Shown: positions 1-10,207 of the stretch, piece after piece
Position numbering within the stretch: the stretch's first letter is position 1
How the letters are laid out: the number at the start of each line of letters is the position of its first letter
NCBI GenBank assembly: GCA_018222345.1
Contig: JAAFAL010000003.1
Span: 593 to 64,592 of the forward strand
From: a bacterium
GTDB lineage: Bacteria > Pseudomonadota > Gammaproteobacteria > Nevskiales > OUC007
Length of the DNA: 64,000 nucleotides
Direction of reading: 5' to 3'
Made by a program: the position numbers and the translations under genes
The notes under the pieces: model-generated
Told to the model about the DNA's origin: nothing
What the model saw: the letters and a program-made list of their open reading frames with translations, nothing else
Database searches by the model: none

Positions 1-504
1 ATGAATCGCCTCGGAGCCGCCCCGCAAGATAGCCGCATTGCTCGACTTCAGGCACAGCGCCGCGGCGTCGGCCGTCACATTCGGCCGGCTTTCATAAATG
101 ATGCCAATCACGCCCAACGGCACACGCATCTTGCCCACCTGAATGCCGGACGGCATGGCCTTGAGGTCGCGTATGGCGCCAACAGGGTCAGGCAAGCCGG
201 CGACTTGGCGCACACCGTCGGCCATGGCGGCAATGCGCTCGGGCGTCAGCTCCAGCCTGTCCAGCAGCGCGGCGTCGAGGCCCGAATTACGGCCGGCTGC
301 CATGTCCTTGGCATTTGCCGCCGCCAAATCATTGGCGCTGGCTGCAATAGCATCGGCCAAAGCCAGCAAAGCTGCATTCTTGTCGCCCGGGGTTGCTACC
401 GCCATTTGCCGGGCGGCGCTGCGCGCACGCTGGCCCAGGCCGCGCATGTAAGCGACCGGGTCGGCAGTATCCAAACGAATCACATTGGCTGGTGTAGCGG
501 ACAT
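1..504 (-). CDS. proA: gamma-glutamyl phosphate reductase, N-terminal 168 codons (gene continues past the window start)
   Basis: Absent from the ORF track because it runs off the edge. My minus-strand translation from ATG 504..502 gives [35 protein letters not shown]...[45 protein letters not shown], a ProA-like sequence. The listed + ORF 1..885 is its antisense shadow. Confidence 0.85.
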   Translation of the reverse strand, partial: MSATPANVIRLDTADPVAYMRGLGQRARSAARQMAVATPGDKNAALLALADAIAASANDLAAANAKDMAAGRNSGLDAALLDRLELTPERIAAMADGVRQVAGLPDPVGAIRDLKAMPSGIQVGKMRVPLGVIGIIYESRPNVTADAAALCLKSSNAAILRGGSEAIH

Positions 505-527
505 TGGCAGATCAACTCGGGAGGGAA

Positions 528-1583
528 TCAGGCAACAGCCAGCGACAAATCGCTGGCTTGCATCAGGCCGCGGGCGCGGCTGCCAGCAGCCATGACGGTG
601 ACCAATGTTACCAAGTCGTCCCACGGCTGGCCCCGCTGCGCGCCCTTGGCAGTGCGGTCGGCGCGCGCCGCGGCGGCCAGCAGCCAGCGTGCTGAAGCCG
701 CGTTGTGGCGCCGTGTTGCAGCCACCACCAATGGCACCCGCATGCGGAACACGCGTGCCGCGCCGCAGGCGCGCTCGGCCGACTCGCCAGCGGCGACTGC
801 CGTCGCAATGCTCGCAAGTTGCCGCGCCTCTTTGGCCAGCAATGCAATCAACGGGTGGGGCTCGACGCCTTCGGCTCGCAGGTGATCCATCGTCCGCAAT
901 GCAGCCTTGAGGTCGCCACCTAGCGCGCGGTCGATGAGGTCGAACACAGCAAAGCGCGCGTGGTCGGCCACGGCGTCTTCAATATCGGCGACGGTGATCG
1001 TCTGCTCACCGAACAACAGGGCCAGCTTCTCAATGTCTTGCGCCGCGGCCAACAAATTGCCCTCGACGCGGTTGGCAAACAGCTCAATGGCGTCCGGCTC
1101 GGCCTGCACACCGGCGCTGCGCATGCGCTGGCTCACCCAGCGCTGCAGTTCATTGCCGGGCTTGGGCGCCCAGCCATAAACGGCCGCGCCATCTTTTTCG
1201 ATGGCCGCCCACCAGGCCGACTTGCGGGCGCGGGAATCCAGCGCGCCGCAGATGAGCAAAATAATTGTGTCTGGCGTCGGCTCGGCCACGGCGTTTTTCA
1301 GCGCTGCGCTGCCCTCGCGCCCCGGGCTGCCAGTAGGCATGTGCAGTTCGATCAGCTTTTTTTCGGAGAACAGCGACATCGACCGGCTGGCGTCATCAAG
1401 CTGCTGCCAATTGAAGCCAGTCTCGACATGCAGCACCTCGCGCTCGGTGTAGCCTGCAGCTTTGGCGGCGCTGCGGATGGCGTCGGCGGCTTCAACAACC
1501 AGCAGCGGATCATCGCCGCCGACCGCATACACGGTTTGCAGGTCGCTGAGCGCAGTCGCCAATTGGTCGGGGCGCAGCTTCAT
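528..1583 (-). CDS. holA: DNA polymerase III delta subunit
   Basis: Inner ATG ([28 protein letters not shown]...) of ORF 528..2180 gives 351 aa, a HolA-like length and sequence. The upstream 199 codons are Arg/Pro/Ala-rich and overlap coq7 on the other strand, so I dropped them. Confidence 0.8.
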   Translation of the reverse strand: MKLRPDQLATALSDLQTVYAVGGDDPLLVVEAADAIRSAAKAAGYTEREVLHVETGFNWQQLDDASRSMSLFSEKKLIELHMPTGSPGREGSAALKNAVAEPTPDTIILLICGALDSRARKSAWWAAIEKDGAAVYGWAPKPGNELQRWVSQRMRSAGVQAEPDAIELFANRVEGNLLAAAQDIEKLALLFGEQTITVADIEDAVADHARFAVFDLIDRALGGDLKAALRTMDHLRAEGVEPHPLIALLAKEARQLASIATAVAAGESAERACGAARVFRMRVPLVVAATRRHNAASARWLLAAAARADRTAKGAQRGQPWDDLVTLVTVMAAGSRARGLMQASDLSLAVA

Positions 1584-1657
1584 GCGCGGGCGGCCCAGCG
1601 CACCGCGGCGGGGCTGGCAATAAAAGGTGGCAACAACATACCGGCATAATACCGCCC

Positions 1658-2311
1658 ATGAGTCGCAAACTGTCGCTGCTTGATAACGCCCTGGCTGCCG
1701 CCCAACACGGCCTGCGCACGGCGCTGGATACGCACCCGCCGGGCCAGCGCGCCACGCCGGGCGAGGACAAACCCGACGCTGCGCTGGACAACAAGCAGCG
1801 CAAGCACGCCGCTGGGCTGATGCGGGTGAACCACGCGGGCGAGGTTGCCGCGCAAGCGCTGTATCGCGGCCAGGCTGCGGTTGCGCAAAACCCCAACACC
1901 AAATCCCATCTGCTGGACGCAGCCGAAGAGGAGCAAGACCACCTGGCGTGGTGCGCGCAGCGCCTGCGCGAGTTGGACGCTGCGCCGAGCAAACTGGGGC
2001 CGGCTTGGTATGCCGGCTCTTACGCGATCGGTGCGCTGGCCGGGCTGGCCGGCGACCGCTACAGCCTGGGCTTTGTGGCCGAAACCGAGCGCCAAGTGGA
2101 ACAACACTTGCGCGGCCACCTGGATGACCCCGAGCACGGCCTGCCCGCCGCCGACGCCCGCAGCCGCGCCATTGCCGCACAAATGCAAGCCGACGAAGCC
2201 GAGCACGGCCAAGCCGCTACTGCCGCTGGCGGCCAGCCGCTGCCTGCGCCAGTCCGCAGCCTGATGCGCGGCGTCGCAAAGGTGATGACCGGCGGCGCAT
2301 ATTGGCTATAA
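1658..2311 (+). CDS. coq7: demethoxyubiquinone hydroxylase (di-iron Coq7 family)
   Basis: 217-aa ORF. It has carboxylate/His di-iron motifs (RVNHAGEVAAQALY, EEEQDHLAW, AETERQVEQHL, ADEAEHG) typical of bacterial Coq7. Confidence 0.85.
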   Translation: MSRKLSLLDNALAAAQHGLRTALDTHPPGQRATPGEDKPDAALDNKQRKHAAGLMRVNHAGEVAAQALYRGQAAVAQNPNTKSHLLDAAEEEQDHLAWCAQRLRELDAAPSKLGPAWYAGSYAIGALAGLAGDRYSLGFVAETERQVEQHLRGHLDDPEHGLPAADARSRAIAAQMQADEAEHGQAATAAGGQPLPAPVRSLMRGVAKVMTGGAYWL

Positions 2312-2396
2312 AACAACCAATACGCGCTACACTGATCGGCTCTCGATAATTAAAACGATACGGCGCGCCAACACCAGCGCGCCGCGGAGCTAGTCC

Positions 2397-4841
2397 ATGT
2401 TTTTGCGCACCCTGTTTTTTTGCGCGGCCACTGCGCTGCTGGTTGGCTGTGGCGGTTCGAACAGTTCGTCCGACCCCACAAGCAACAACCCGCCGCCTGG
2501 CCCAGCCGACACCGCCAGTGCCAACGATGACTTGTTCACCGTGCAACAAGACTCGGCAGACAATGTGCTGGACGTGCTCGACAACGATACCGGCAGCGAA
2601 AGTCTGGTGTTCGAGGCCGTGCCCGCCACCACCACGGCCGGCGGCACGCTGAGTGAAAACAGCGACCAAACCTTGAGTTACACGCCACCGGCTGACTTTG
2701 CTGGCGGCGACAGCTTCGAATACACCGTCCGCTCAGGCGACGCGACCGACACCGCAAGCGTCGATATCGTCGTGCAGGCCGACAACCCGCCACCCGTTTC
2801 AGAAGCGCCATGCCGCGACGTGCAAGACCGCCTCGACGCCGGCACGGGTTATTGCTTCGACGCGTTCTTCAACACCGCGCACGATGGCACCCGCATCGAC
2901 ATGACCGTGTATGTGCCGCATCCCGACCGGCTGGGCGCCATTCCCTGCCCCGGCGCAGACGTACAAACCGACTGCGCCACCATCGCCGATGGCGACCTGG
3001 GCTACGCGCCACTGGTGATCCACAGCCACGGGTTTGGCGGCGCCAAGAACCCCGACTTTTCGGCCGACCCAGAGCACTTTGTTGACAACCAGACGGCGCA
3101 GCGCATGTGGGATACCGGCTACTTCGTCATCTCGTTCTCGCAACGCGGCTTCGGCCAATCCGGCGGCGAGATCGGCCTGATGACGCGCAGCCTGGAAGGC
3201 CTGGACCACAACGAACTGGTCGATTGGGCCATCAAGCATTTGCGCGGCGAGTCTGCTGACGGCGCCGGTGACTCGATCTACGACTTCACGTTCGACGAAA
3301 ACAACGCCGAGCACATCAGCAGCGCCGCCGTGGCCGACGCGCGGCCGTCGCTGTTGATGAACGACAACAACACCCGCCTGCTACCCGACGGCAGTGGCGA
3401 AGACGCCGACCCCGGCCTGGGCCTGCTGGGCTACAGCTACGGCGGCGGCTGGCAGTACACCGCTTCGGCCACCGACACGCTGGAAGTCGCTGGCCGCACA
3501 GGGCTGCAGCGTTTCGACGCGCTGATCCCCGAAGGCACCTGGCACGACCTGCGCTACAGCCTGCACGCCAATGACACGCCCAAGGGTTACTGGATCACGC
3601 TGCTGTTTTCCTTTGCCGTGCAAGGTGGCACCGGCGAAAACGGCGAGCCCACACCCGTGCTCATCAACCAGGCGTTCGCCGAGGCGCAAGCCGCCAACCG
3701 CGTGAATGCCGACATCCAGAACACGCTGGGCGCCAACGGCACCAGCGACTACTGCGACGAAACCAATGGCGTGCCAACCGACGCCGCGCTGTTCCACATA
3801 CAAGGCGTGCGCGACACGCTGTTCGACTTTGCCGACGGCTACGACTCGGCGCTGTGTTTCGAGCGCGCCGGCAACGACACGCGCTTTTTGCTCGTCTCCG
3901 GCGGCCACCCGTACACCATTACCCAGCAGCCGCCCTACACCGGCAACACCACATCGATGGACATCGACGAGATCGTGCATTGCGAACTCGACGTCGATGC
4001 CGACGGCGATGGCGACATTGGCCAGGAGCGCCTGAGCGTCACCGAAATGATGGTGGACTGGTTCGAGGACAAGCTGCGCGGTGAGGCCGGTGCTGCCGAC
4101 TACATCCCAGCCGTGTGCATGGCCCAGCCCAACACCGACCCCGACGACATGCTGGAAGACGACCGCTTCAACCCGGCGGGCACACCCACCTTCGAGTATC
4201 TCAAGGAGGGCGTGACACTGGCCTCGGTCGAAGACATTTTGGTCGGCGCGGGCGACGCCCCTGCATACACCTGTACGGATGGCGACAGCGCCGTCTGTGA
4301 CTTGGGCGAAGTCACGCTGAACATCGGCGGCAGCGCAGACGCCAACATGGAAGAATTTGTGTCGGTTTACACCGTGCCAGAGGGCGAGCCGCGCGTGATG
4401 GCCGGCATCCCGACGGCCGACCTGGCCATCGCAGGCCGTGCCATGGACCTCAGTGGCACAGCGGTCGATCCCATCGTCTTCGTCGGCATGGGCCTGATGC
4501 GCGACGGCGAACTGGTCACACTGCATGACCAGATCATGCCCATCCGCGACACAGCGACGTACCCGTGGGCCGACACCCAAGGCGTGAACAACACGCATGA
4601 CGGCGGCACCACACCGTATTACTACGGCTGCTCGCCCAATGCCGAAGCGCTGTGCGAGCGCGGGCGGCTGGCGGGCGTGTCGGTGCGGCTGCTGCCGGGC
4701 GACGAGGTCGGGCCGCTGTTCTCATCGGCCGACACCCAGTATCCGCGCACGATGAATGCCCCGGCGATGCTCACCATCACCGGCAACATTGAACTGCCGA
4801 TTTACGCGCCGTCGGAGCTGCCGCCTTCGAATAACCCGTAG
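2397..4841 (+). CDS. lipoprotein: cadherin/Ig-like N-terminal domain plus alpha/beta hydrolase (CocE/NonD, X-Pro dipeptidyl-peptidase-like)
   Basis: Lipobox LLVGC|GG. N-terminal segment NDDLFTVQQDSADNVLDVLDNDTG...FEYTVRSGDATDTASVDIVV resembles bacterial cadherin-like repeats. Hydrolase motifs are HSHGFGG, SQRGFGQSGG and the nucleophile elbow GYSYGGG. Confidence 0.7.
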   Translation: MFLRTLFFCAATALLVGCGGSNSSSDPTSNNPPPGPADTASANDDLFTVQQDSADNVLDVLDNDTGSESLVFEAVPATTTAGGTLSENSDQTLSYTPPADFAGGDSFEYTVRSGDATDTASVDIVVQADNPPPVSEAPCRDVQDRLDAGTGYCFDAFFNTAHDGTRIDMTVYVPHPDRLGAIPCPGADVQTDCATIADGDLGYAPLVIHSHGFGGAKNPDFSADPEHFVDNQTAQRMWDTGYFVISFSQRGFGQSGGEIGLMTRSLEGLDHNELVDWAIKHLRGESADGAGDSIYDFTFDENNAEHISSAAVADARPSLLMNDNNTRLLPDGSGEDADPGLGLLGYSYGGGWQYTASATDTLEVAGRTGLQRFDALIPEGTWHDLRYSLHANDTPKGYWITLLFSFAVQGGTGENGEPTPVLINQAFAEAQAANRVNADIQNTLGANGTSDYCDETNGVPTDAALFHIQGVRDTLFDFADGYDSALCFERAGNDTRFLLVSGGHPYTITQQPPYTGNTTSMDIDEIVHCELDVDADGDGDIGQERLSVTEMMVDWFEDKLRGEAGAADYIPAVCMAQPNTDPDDMLEDDRFNPAGTPTFEYLKEGVTLASVEDILVGAGDAPAYTCTDGDSAVCDLGEVTLNIGGSADANMEEFVSVYTVPEGEPRVMAGIPTADLAIAGRAMDLSGTAVDPIVFVGMGLMRDGELVTLHDQIMPIRDTATYPWADTQGVNNTHDGGTTPYYYGCSPNAEALCERGRLAGVSVRLLPGDEVGPLFSSADTQYPRTMNAPAMLTITGNIELPIYAPSELPPSNNP

Positions 4842-4858
4842 GCATCCTGTAACGTAAT

Positions 4859-4893
4859 GCTTGCGTCGCCAACCGGAGAGTTGGCACGCAAGC
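4859..4893 (+). terminator. GC-rich hairpin between the two hydrolase genes (terminator or attenuator candidate)
   Basis: gcttgcgt/acgcaagc plus gccaac/gttggc stems, about 14 bp with one mismatch, around loop cggaga. No strong T-tract follows, so its function is uncertain. Its position supports the 4939 start for the next gene. Confidence 0.4.
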
Positions 4894-4938
4894 AATCATT
4901 TGAATGCCGTGTTTGGGGTGCGGTGTGCCGGAGGCACC

Positions 4939-6774
4939 ATGCCCATCTCAAATATCTCGCCCATTTCGCCAAGTCCCGCCCGCTGTTTTGCCATGCTGGC
5001 AGCGGCGCTGCTTTACGCCTGTGGCAACTCGGCACCGCCGGCCACCAACACGCCGGGCGCGGGCGGCGAGCCATTGCCCACCGACCCCAGCCTCGGCGCG
5101 CTGGAAAAAGCCATCATCTTCAATGGCACCATCCCGGCCGAAGACGGCGAAACCATCGGCATGACCGTGTATCAGCCCGCTTTGGCCGCGGGCCAAGCCG
5201 CGCCTTTGATCCTCCACGGCCACGGCTTTGGCCTGATGCGGGCGCAGAATTTCGAGGGCAACAACCCGGTCGAGAACTTCACCAGCGACGACGACACCGG
5301 TGACGCCGCCACCGCGGCCTGGAACGACGGCTATTACGTCATCTCCTTCGACCAACGCGGCTTTGGCGACTCGTCGGGCAACATCACACTGATGGACCCG
5401 GACATCGACGGGCGCAATGTTTCGACCATCATCGACTGGGCAGTGATGAACCTGTCCAACCTGGCGCTCGAGGGGCCGGGCGATCCATTACTGGGTTCGG
5501 TGGGCCTGAGTTACGGCGGTGGCTATCAGACCATCACCGCTGCGGTCGATCCGCGCTTCGACGCACTGGTGCCCACGGCCACCTGGCACAACCTGCCGTA
5601 CAGCCTCGCGCCCAATGGCATCCCCAAAGTCATCTGGCTGGATTTGCTGGTTGCCGCCGGCGGGCCAACATCGGGCTTTGCCTTCGACCAGGAAGTCATC
5701 GCCGGCGCACTGCAAGCGCAAACCGGCAGCGTGCCGCAATCGCTACTCGACCGCCTGCGCGGCAATAGCCCGATCAGCTTTTGCGAGATGACCCGCGCCG
5801 ATGGCCGTGGGCCAGCCCAAGCGCCGGCGCTGTTTATTCAGGGCTCACGCGATGTGCTGTTCAACTTGAACGAAGCCGCGCAAAACTACGAATGCTGGCA
5901 AGCCAACACCAGCGACGCGCGGCTGATCGTGCAGCAGGATGGACACATTATTCCGCTGTCGCAGGAAGCCGGCCGGCAAATTTTGTTTGGCAGCGACGGC
6001 ACCGTGCAGTGTGGCAATCAAACGCTGTCACTGGTGCAGACGACACTGGACTTTCTCGCCCTGCATTTGCGTGGCACGCCCCTGCTGCAACCCATCCCAG
6101 AGGTTTGCCTGGCGCAAGCCGAAGACGTGGGCCTGACGTTTGACGCCGTGCCGCGCGGTGGCCTGGCCACGCAGGTGCCGGCCACCGATGTCATCCCCGG
6201 TGCGCCGGGCCAGATCGCCAACCTGTTGCTGGCGATGCCGACGGCCGAAGTTACCGCTTTGCTGGCCGAAGCACTGGAGCCCGATCAAATCGTCACCTTG
6301 CTGACCGACCTGGCTGCCGGCTTTGCCGACCCGGCCAGCCTGCCTGACAGCTTCCAGGCCGCATTGCCCGCCATCGTCAACCTGCTGCCACCGGCGGCGC
6401 TGACAACACTGACCGAGACCCCGAGCTTTGTGCCCCTGCATACCGCTCAGGCGGCCGGCGCTTTGGCAGGCATTGCGGTGGCCGATCTGCAAATTGATGG
6501 TGGCGGTGCGCCGGTCAGCCTGTTTTACGGCTTGGGTGTGCAACGCGGCGGCGCAGGCGCCATCGACCTGATCGACGACCAGGTGCTGCCCTTCCCGGCA
6601 ACAAGCCAACATGAGCTGGCTGGCGTGGTTGAGCCGATAGCGGCCGGCGACGTCATCGGCTTGCTGATCTACCCGTTTCACAGCTACTACCTGAACAATG
6701 CGCTGCTGGCAGCAACACCAACGCCAATCACCGTCTCCGGCACGGTCGGTTTGCCGCTTCACAGCACGCCATAA
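4939..6774 (+). CDS. lipoprotein alpha/beta hydrolase (CocE/NonD-like), paralog of 2397..4841
   Basis: Inner ATG MPISNISPISPSPARCFAMLAAALLYAC|GN (lipobox). Motifs LHGHGFG, DQRGFGDSSG and GLSYGGG are collinear with the upstream gene. The ORF-track start at 4861 would overlap the hairpin. Confidence 0.7.
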   Translation: MPISNISPISPSPARCFAMLAAALLYACGNSAPPATNTPGAGGEPLPTDPSLGALEKAIIFNGTIPAEDGETIGMTVYQPALAAGQAAPLILHGHGFGLMRAQNFEGNNPVENFTSDDDTGDAATAAWNDGYYVISFDQRGFGDSSGNITLMDPDIDGRNVSTIIDWAVMNLSNLALEGPGDPLLGSVGLSYGGGYQTITAAVDPRFDALVPTATWHNLPYSLAPNGIPKVIWLDLLVAAGGPTSGFAFDQEVIAGALQAQTGSVPQSLLDRLRGNSPISFCEMTRADGRGPAQAPALFIQGSRDVLFNLNEAAQNYECWQANTSDARLIVQQDGHIIPLSQEAGRQILFGSDGTVQCGNQTLSLVQTTLDFLALHLRGTPLLQPIPEVCLAQAEDVGLTFDAVPRGGLATQVPATDVIPGAPGQIANLLLAMPTAEVTALLAEALEPDQIVTLLTDLAAGFADPASLPDSFQAALPAIVNLLPPAALTTLTETPSFVPLHTAQAAGALAGIAVADLQIDGGGAPVSLFYGLGVQRGGAGAIDLIDDQVLPFPATSQHELAGVVEPIAAGDVIGLLIYPFHSYYLNNALLAATPTPITVSGTVGLPLHSTP

Positions 6775-6830
6775 GCACGCGCCTCGCGGCGGCGCTAGAA
6801 TCGCGCGCAGCACTTCCTACGAGCAACGCG

Positions 6831-8378
6831 ATGACGGACAACACCTTGCTGATTGGCGGCTGCGCCGATGGCCACGTGAGCCTGCTGGGCAATCAGGCCA
6901 ACCGGCACGGCTTGGTGGCCGGCGCCACCGGCACGGGTAAAACCGTCACGCTCAAAGTGCTGGCCGAAGGTTTTTCGCGCCTCGGCGTACCGGTGTTTGC
7001 GGCGGATGTGAAAGGCGACCTATCGGGCATCGCCGCCGCCGGCAAGCCGCACCCAAAAATCGACGAGCGCATCGAATCCATCGGCATCGACGACTACAGC
7101 GCGCAAGGCTCACCCGTGGTGTTCTGGGACTTGTACCAAAAGCAGGGCCATCCCATCCGCACCACGGTGAGCGAGGTCGGCCCACTGCTGCTGTCGCGCA
7201 TGCTGGATTTGAACGACACGCAAACCGGCGTGATCGAGGTGCTGTTTTCGGTGGCAGATGCCGAAGGTCTGCTACTGCTCGATCTGGCTGACTTGCGCGC
7301 CATGCTCAATCACCTGATCGACCACGCCAGCGAAATCTCGCGCGACTATGGCCTGATCAGCAAACAATCCATCGCCGCCATTCAGCGCAAATTGCTGCAA
7401 CTGGAGCGCGCCGGCGGCAAGCAATTCTTTGGCGAGCCCGCGCTCAAGCTCGACGACCTGATGCGCCAGGATTTGTCCGGCCGCGGCATCGTTAACATCT
7501 TGGCCGCCGACGAGTTGATGATGAACCCGCGGCTGTATTCCACCGCCCTTCTTTGGCTGCTGTCGGAGCTGTTCGAGGAGTTGCCCGAGGTCGGCGACCC
7601 CGAGGTGCCCAAGCTGGTCTTCTTCTTCGACGAAGCTCACCTGCTGTTCAACGACGCGCCCAAGGCTTTGGTCGAGCGCATCGAGCAAGTGGTGCGGCTG
7701 ATTCGCTCCAAGGGCGTGGGCGTGTATTTCGTCACCCAAAGCCCGTCCGACCTGCCCGACAGTGTGCTGGGCCAGCTCGGCAACCGCGTGCAACACGCAC
7801 TGCGCGCCAGCACTCCCAAACAGCGTCGCGCCATCAAAAGCGCGGCCGAGTCCTACGTGCCCAAGCCCGGCCTCGACGTTGTCGCCACCATTGGCTCGCT
7901 GGGCGTGGGCGAGGCGCTGGTGAGCGTGCTTGGCCCCAAAGGCGCGCCACTGCCGGTCGAAAAAACATTGATCTCCCCACCGCGCTGCAGCTTCGCACCA
8001 CTGGCCGCTGCCGAGCGCAAGGCCATGTACAAGCGCAGCCCCGTGGGCGGCACGTATGACACAGCAGTTGACCGCGAATCAGCCCACGAACGCCTGACCA
8101 CGCGGGCCGAGGCTGCAGCCAAAAAGGCCGAGGAAGACGCCAAGCGCGAGGCCGCCAACAAGGCGGCGGAACAAGCGGCCAAGGAAAAAGCCCAGGCCGA
8201 AGAAAAGCTGCGCAAAGCACAAGAAGCTGCGCGTAAGAAAAAGGCGCGAGCGACCAGAAGCAAAAGCCGCCGCCAAACGCCGCAGGAGGCGATGTTCAAG
8301 AGTGCCGCCCGCACTGTCGGCTCCACCATCGCGCGCGAACTCATGCGCGGCTTGCTGGGCTCACTCAAACGGCGTTAA
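6831..8378 (+). CDS. yjgR: HerA-like P-loop ATPase, DUF853/YjgR family
   Basis: Walker A GATGTGKT near the N-terminus. FFFDEAHLLF is Walker-B-like. The C-terminal tail is Lys/Ala/Glu-rich. Overall length (515 aa) resembles E. coli YjgR. Confidence 0.75.
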   Translation: MTDNTLLIGGCADGHVSLLGNQANRHGLVAGATGTGKTVTLKVLAEGFSRLGVPVFAADVKGDLSGIAAAGKPHPKIDERIESIGIDDYSAQGSPVVFWDLYQKQGHPIRTTVSEVGPLLLSRMLDLNDTQTGVIEVLFSVADAEGLLLLDLADLRAMLNHLIDHASEISRDYGLISKQSIAAIQRKLLQLERAGGKQFFGEPALKLDDLMRQDLSGRGIVNILAADELMMNPRLYSTALLWLLSELFEELPEVGDPEVPKLVFFFDEAHLLFNDAPKALVERIEQVVRLIRSKGVGVYFVTQSPSDLPDSVLGQLGNRVQHALRASTPKQRRAIKSAAESYVPKPGLDVVATIGSLGVGEALVSVLGPKGAPLPVEKTLISPPRCSFAPLAAAERKAMYKRSPVGGTYDTAVDRESAHERLTTRAEAAAKKAEEDAKREAANKAAEQAAKEKAQAEEKLRKAQEAARKKKARATRSKSRRQTPQEAMFKSAARTVGSTIARELMRGLLGSLKRR

Positions 8379-8388
8379 CCCGGCGCCC

Positions 8389-8418
8389 TTGGTCATTGCG
8401 GCGTAATCTCGTACAATC
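8389..8418 (+). promoter_or_regulatory. sigma70-type promoter candidate for tRNA-Met
   Basis: TTGGTC-N18-TACAAT, followed by the GC-rich discriminator ccgcgcccc, about 50 nt upstream of the tRNA 5' end. Confidence 0.45.
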
Positions 8419-8466
8419 CGCGCCCCGAAAATGGCTGACGCGAATGCGCCAGCCGGCCGGAAACGT

Positions 8467-8543
8467 GGCTAGGTAGCTCAGTCGGTTAGAGCACAGCACT
8501 CATAATGCTGGGGTCGGCGGTTCGAGTCCGCCCCTAGCTACCA
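8467..8543 (+). tRNA. tRNA-Met (CAU), elongator type, CCA encoded
   Basis: Full cloverleaf folded by hand: acceptor ggctagg/cctagct, D arm gctc/gagc, anticodon stem cagca/tgctg with loop ctCATaa, T arm ggcgg-ttcgagt-ccgcc. Closely resembles E. coli elongator tRNA-Met. It lacks the initiator features (1:72 mismatch, GGG/CCC anticodon stem). Confidence 0.95.
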
Positions 8544-8592
8544 TGTTTCCTGCTCGCGGTTCTTTCGCTCGCTCATGTCGCCGAGCCAACCG

Positions 8593-8620
8593 CCGACCCT
8601 CCGGGTCGGGGTTGTTTGTA
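8593..8620 (+). terminator. rho-independent terminator after tRNA-Met
   Basis: ccgaccc-tcc-gggtcgg hairpin followed by ggttgtttgt. It also lies just 3' of the convergent minus-strand gene ending at 8633. Confidence 0.55.
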
Positions 8621-8632
8621 TCAACGCCTGTT

Positions 8633-10207
8633 TCAGAAAAGACTGTATCCGGCGCCCAGCGCAAAAGACACACGATCGACGGTGTCGATCTGGAATTCGC
8701 TTTCCGTCCGGAACAGCACGTGGATGGGGATGCTGAGCGGTCCGCGGCGGAATGTCAGCGTGATGCGCTGAACATCAAAATCGGCGCGGACCGGGTTGGC
8801 CTCATAGCGATACCAGTCCCATCCCGCATCCAGACGCACCGAGCTGCGTGCACTCGGTGCCTGCTCGGGGTTGTGCCCCTTGATCACGAAGCCCAGCGAC
8901 ACGCCAAACTGCTCGTAATCGACGCCGGGCAATTCAAAGCGATTGTTATCCGCGGCACCACCACCGACCGGCGGCAGCAAGCCACCACCCCCACCCATGG
9001 CATCCATGGGCGGCAATTCCACAGTGACATCATCGAGCTGGCCGGCTTCGTAATACGCGGCCAGCCCCAAACCAGCGCGCATCGGCCAGTGCTTGTTCAT
9101 GTCCCGTAACTCTTTCGGGCAACCGGGGCCATTGAGGCCAGAATCGCAGGCTCCGAACAATTTGGCCCACGTCAGGTTATTGGCCAATCCGGTGCCAAAC
9201 CACACCTTGTAGGCATCGGCATTCGCGCCAACGAAGGTGTCTCGATGCAGACGCCGGGCGCTGAATATCAGCTGCGGCTGGTTGTGCAGGAAACGCCAGA
9301 AGTCGGCAAACGGGGTGGTGCGAATTCGCTCGACGGCGCGTTCATAGTGCGCGCCCAGTATGTCCGCCGCACAGGCCACGGCCAGGCGCTTGTCCGCATG
9401 GTCCTGCCAGTCATCGGCAATCTTGAAGGCCACTTGCTGGTAGGTCTGGGTCGGATCGCCGGGTTTCTCCCAGGCTGTGCGCAGCAGATTGACTTGATGC
9501 GCCCGATGAAAATGGATGTCCCGCCCGAGCCACTGGCTGACGATCGCGACTTCCACGTTGACCAGGTAGTCATCACCCACATCGAAATCGCGCTCGGCGG
9601 CGCGGCCAAACTCCAGTTGGTCGCGATCAACCAGCGTGGTTTCCAGCAGCGGGTTGAGCTCGGGCTGTGGCGCCACGAAGCCACCAAGCCGGACACGGAA
9701 GTTGCCGATCCGCCCCAGCCCGACGCTCAGGCCGGCTGTTTGGGGGTCCTCCAGGGTGTTGAATGCCTGAAGCGCTGTCCCCTGCACGGCATCCAGCAGG
9801 CCCGGAACCGCGCCGTTCAGGCTGGGCAATGGCAGCGATGTTGCAATGTTGCCCAACTGCTCGGCAACCGAGTCGGCAAGTTGCCCCTCTGCGTACTCGA
9901 CACCCTTGGCATCGACACTGACAGTGCTAAAAAGCCCGCGCGCATCGCGGGTCAAGTTGGTCAGGCAGACGCGTGCCTTGGTGCCGTCGGGGCACATCCC
10001 CGGCAGCGCTTGTTCCAATTGCCCGACATTCGGGCAAGCACCGCTACTTTGCTTGCAACGGATAAACGCCAAGGCATCGGCCTCGCTGGCGAAACGGCCG
10101 CCCTCGTCCACCGCCGGCGTGCAGGGCGCCTGGGCATGCACTAGTGGCGGGCTGCCCAGCAGCAATGCACAGGCCAACAGGCTGCCAATGCGCTTGATGA
10201 CACCCAT
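8633..10207 (-). CDS. secreted Cys-rich protein with outer-membrane-beta-barrel-like C-terminus; family unknown
   Basis: Inner ATG MGVIKRIGSLLACALLLGSPPLVHA|QA (signal peptide). Mature N-terminus has several Cys within about 70 residues. C-terminus ...VSFALGAGYSLF ends in Phe with alternating hydrophobics. Its start overlaps the stop of the upstream gene (TGATG). Confidence 0.6.
   Translation of the reverse strand: MGVIKRIGSLLACALLLGSPPLVHAQAPCTPAVDEGGRFASEADALAFIRCKQSSGACPNVGQLEQALPGMCPDGTKARVCLTNLTRDARGLFSTVSVDAKGVEYAEGQLADSVAEQLGNIATSLPLPSLNGAVPGLLDAVQGTALQAFNTLEDPQTAGLSVGLGRIGNFRVRLGGFVAPQPELNPLLETTLVDRDQLEFGRAAERDFDVGDDYLVNVEVAIVSQWLGRDIHFHRAHQVNLLRTAWEKPGDPTQTYQQVAFKIADDWQDHADKRLAVACAADILGAHYERAVERIRTTPFADFWRFLHNQPQLIFSARRLHRDTFVGANADAYKVWFGTGLANNLTWAKLFGACDSGLNGPGCPKELRDMNKHWPMRAGLGLAAYYEAGQLDDVTVELPPMDAMGGGGGLLPPVGGGAADNNRFELPGVDYEQFGVSLGFVIKGHNPEQAPSARSSVRLDAGWDWYRYEANPVRADFDVQRITLTFRRGPLSIPIHVLFRTESEFQIDTVDRVSFALGAGYSLF

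Noticed and set aside
1-885. 294-aa + strand ORF at the window start
   Set aside because: It is Arg/Ala/Gly-rich and low-complexity. The opposite strand encodes clear ProA and HolA sequences, so this is a typical high-G+C antisense shadow ORF.
1584-1657. Expected lptE upstream of holA
   Set aside because: Only a 74-bp gap precedes divergent coq7, so there is no room for a gene. lptE must be elsewhere.
528-2180. Long N-terminal extensions of ORF-track entries (also 17779..19443, 31517..33460, 33252..34196, 23076..23597, 29211..29762)
   Set aside because: The extensions are Arg/Pro-rich and overlap neighbouring genes or hairpins. Inner ATG/GTG starts give canonical N-termini, signal peptides or RBS spacing.
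8392-8412. gtcattgcg...aatctcgt upstream of tRNA-Met as a half-copy of the trkA-trkH palindrome
   Set aside because: The shared words are short. The same bases are better explained as the spacer of a TTGGTC-N18-TACAAT promoter.
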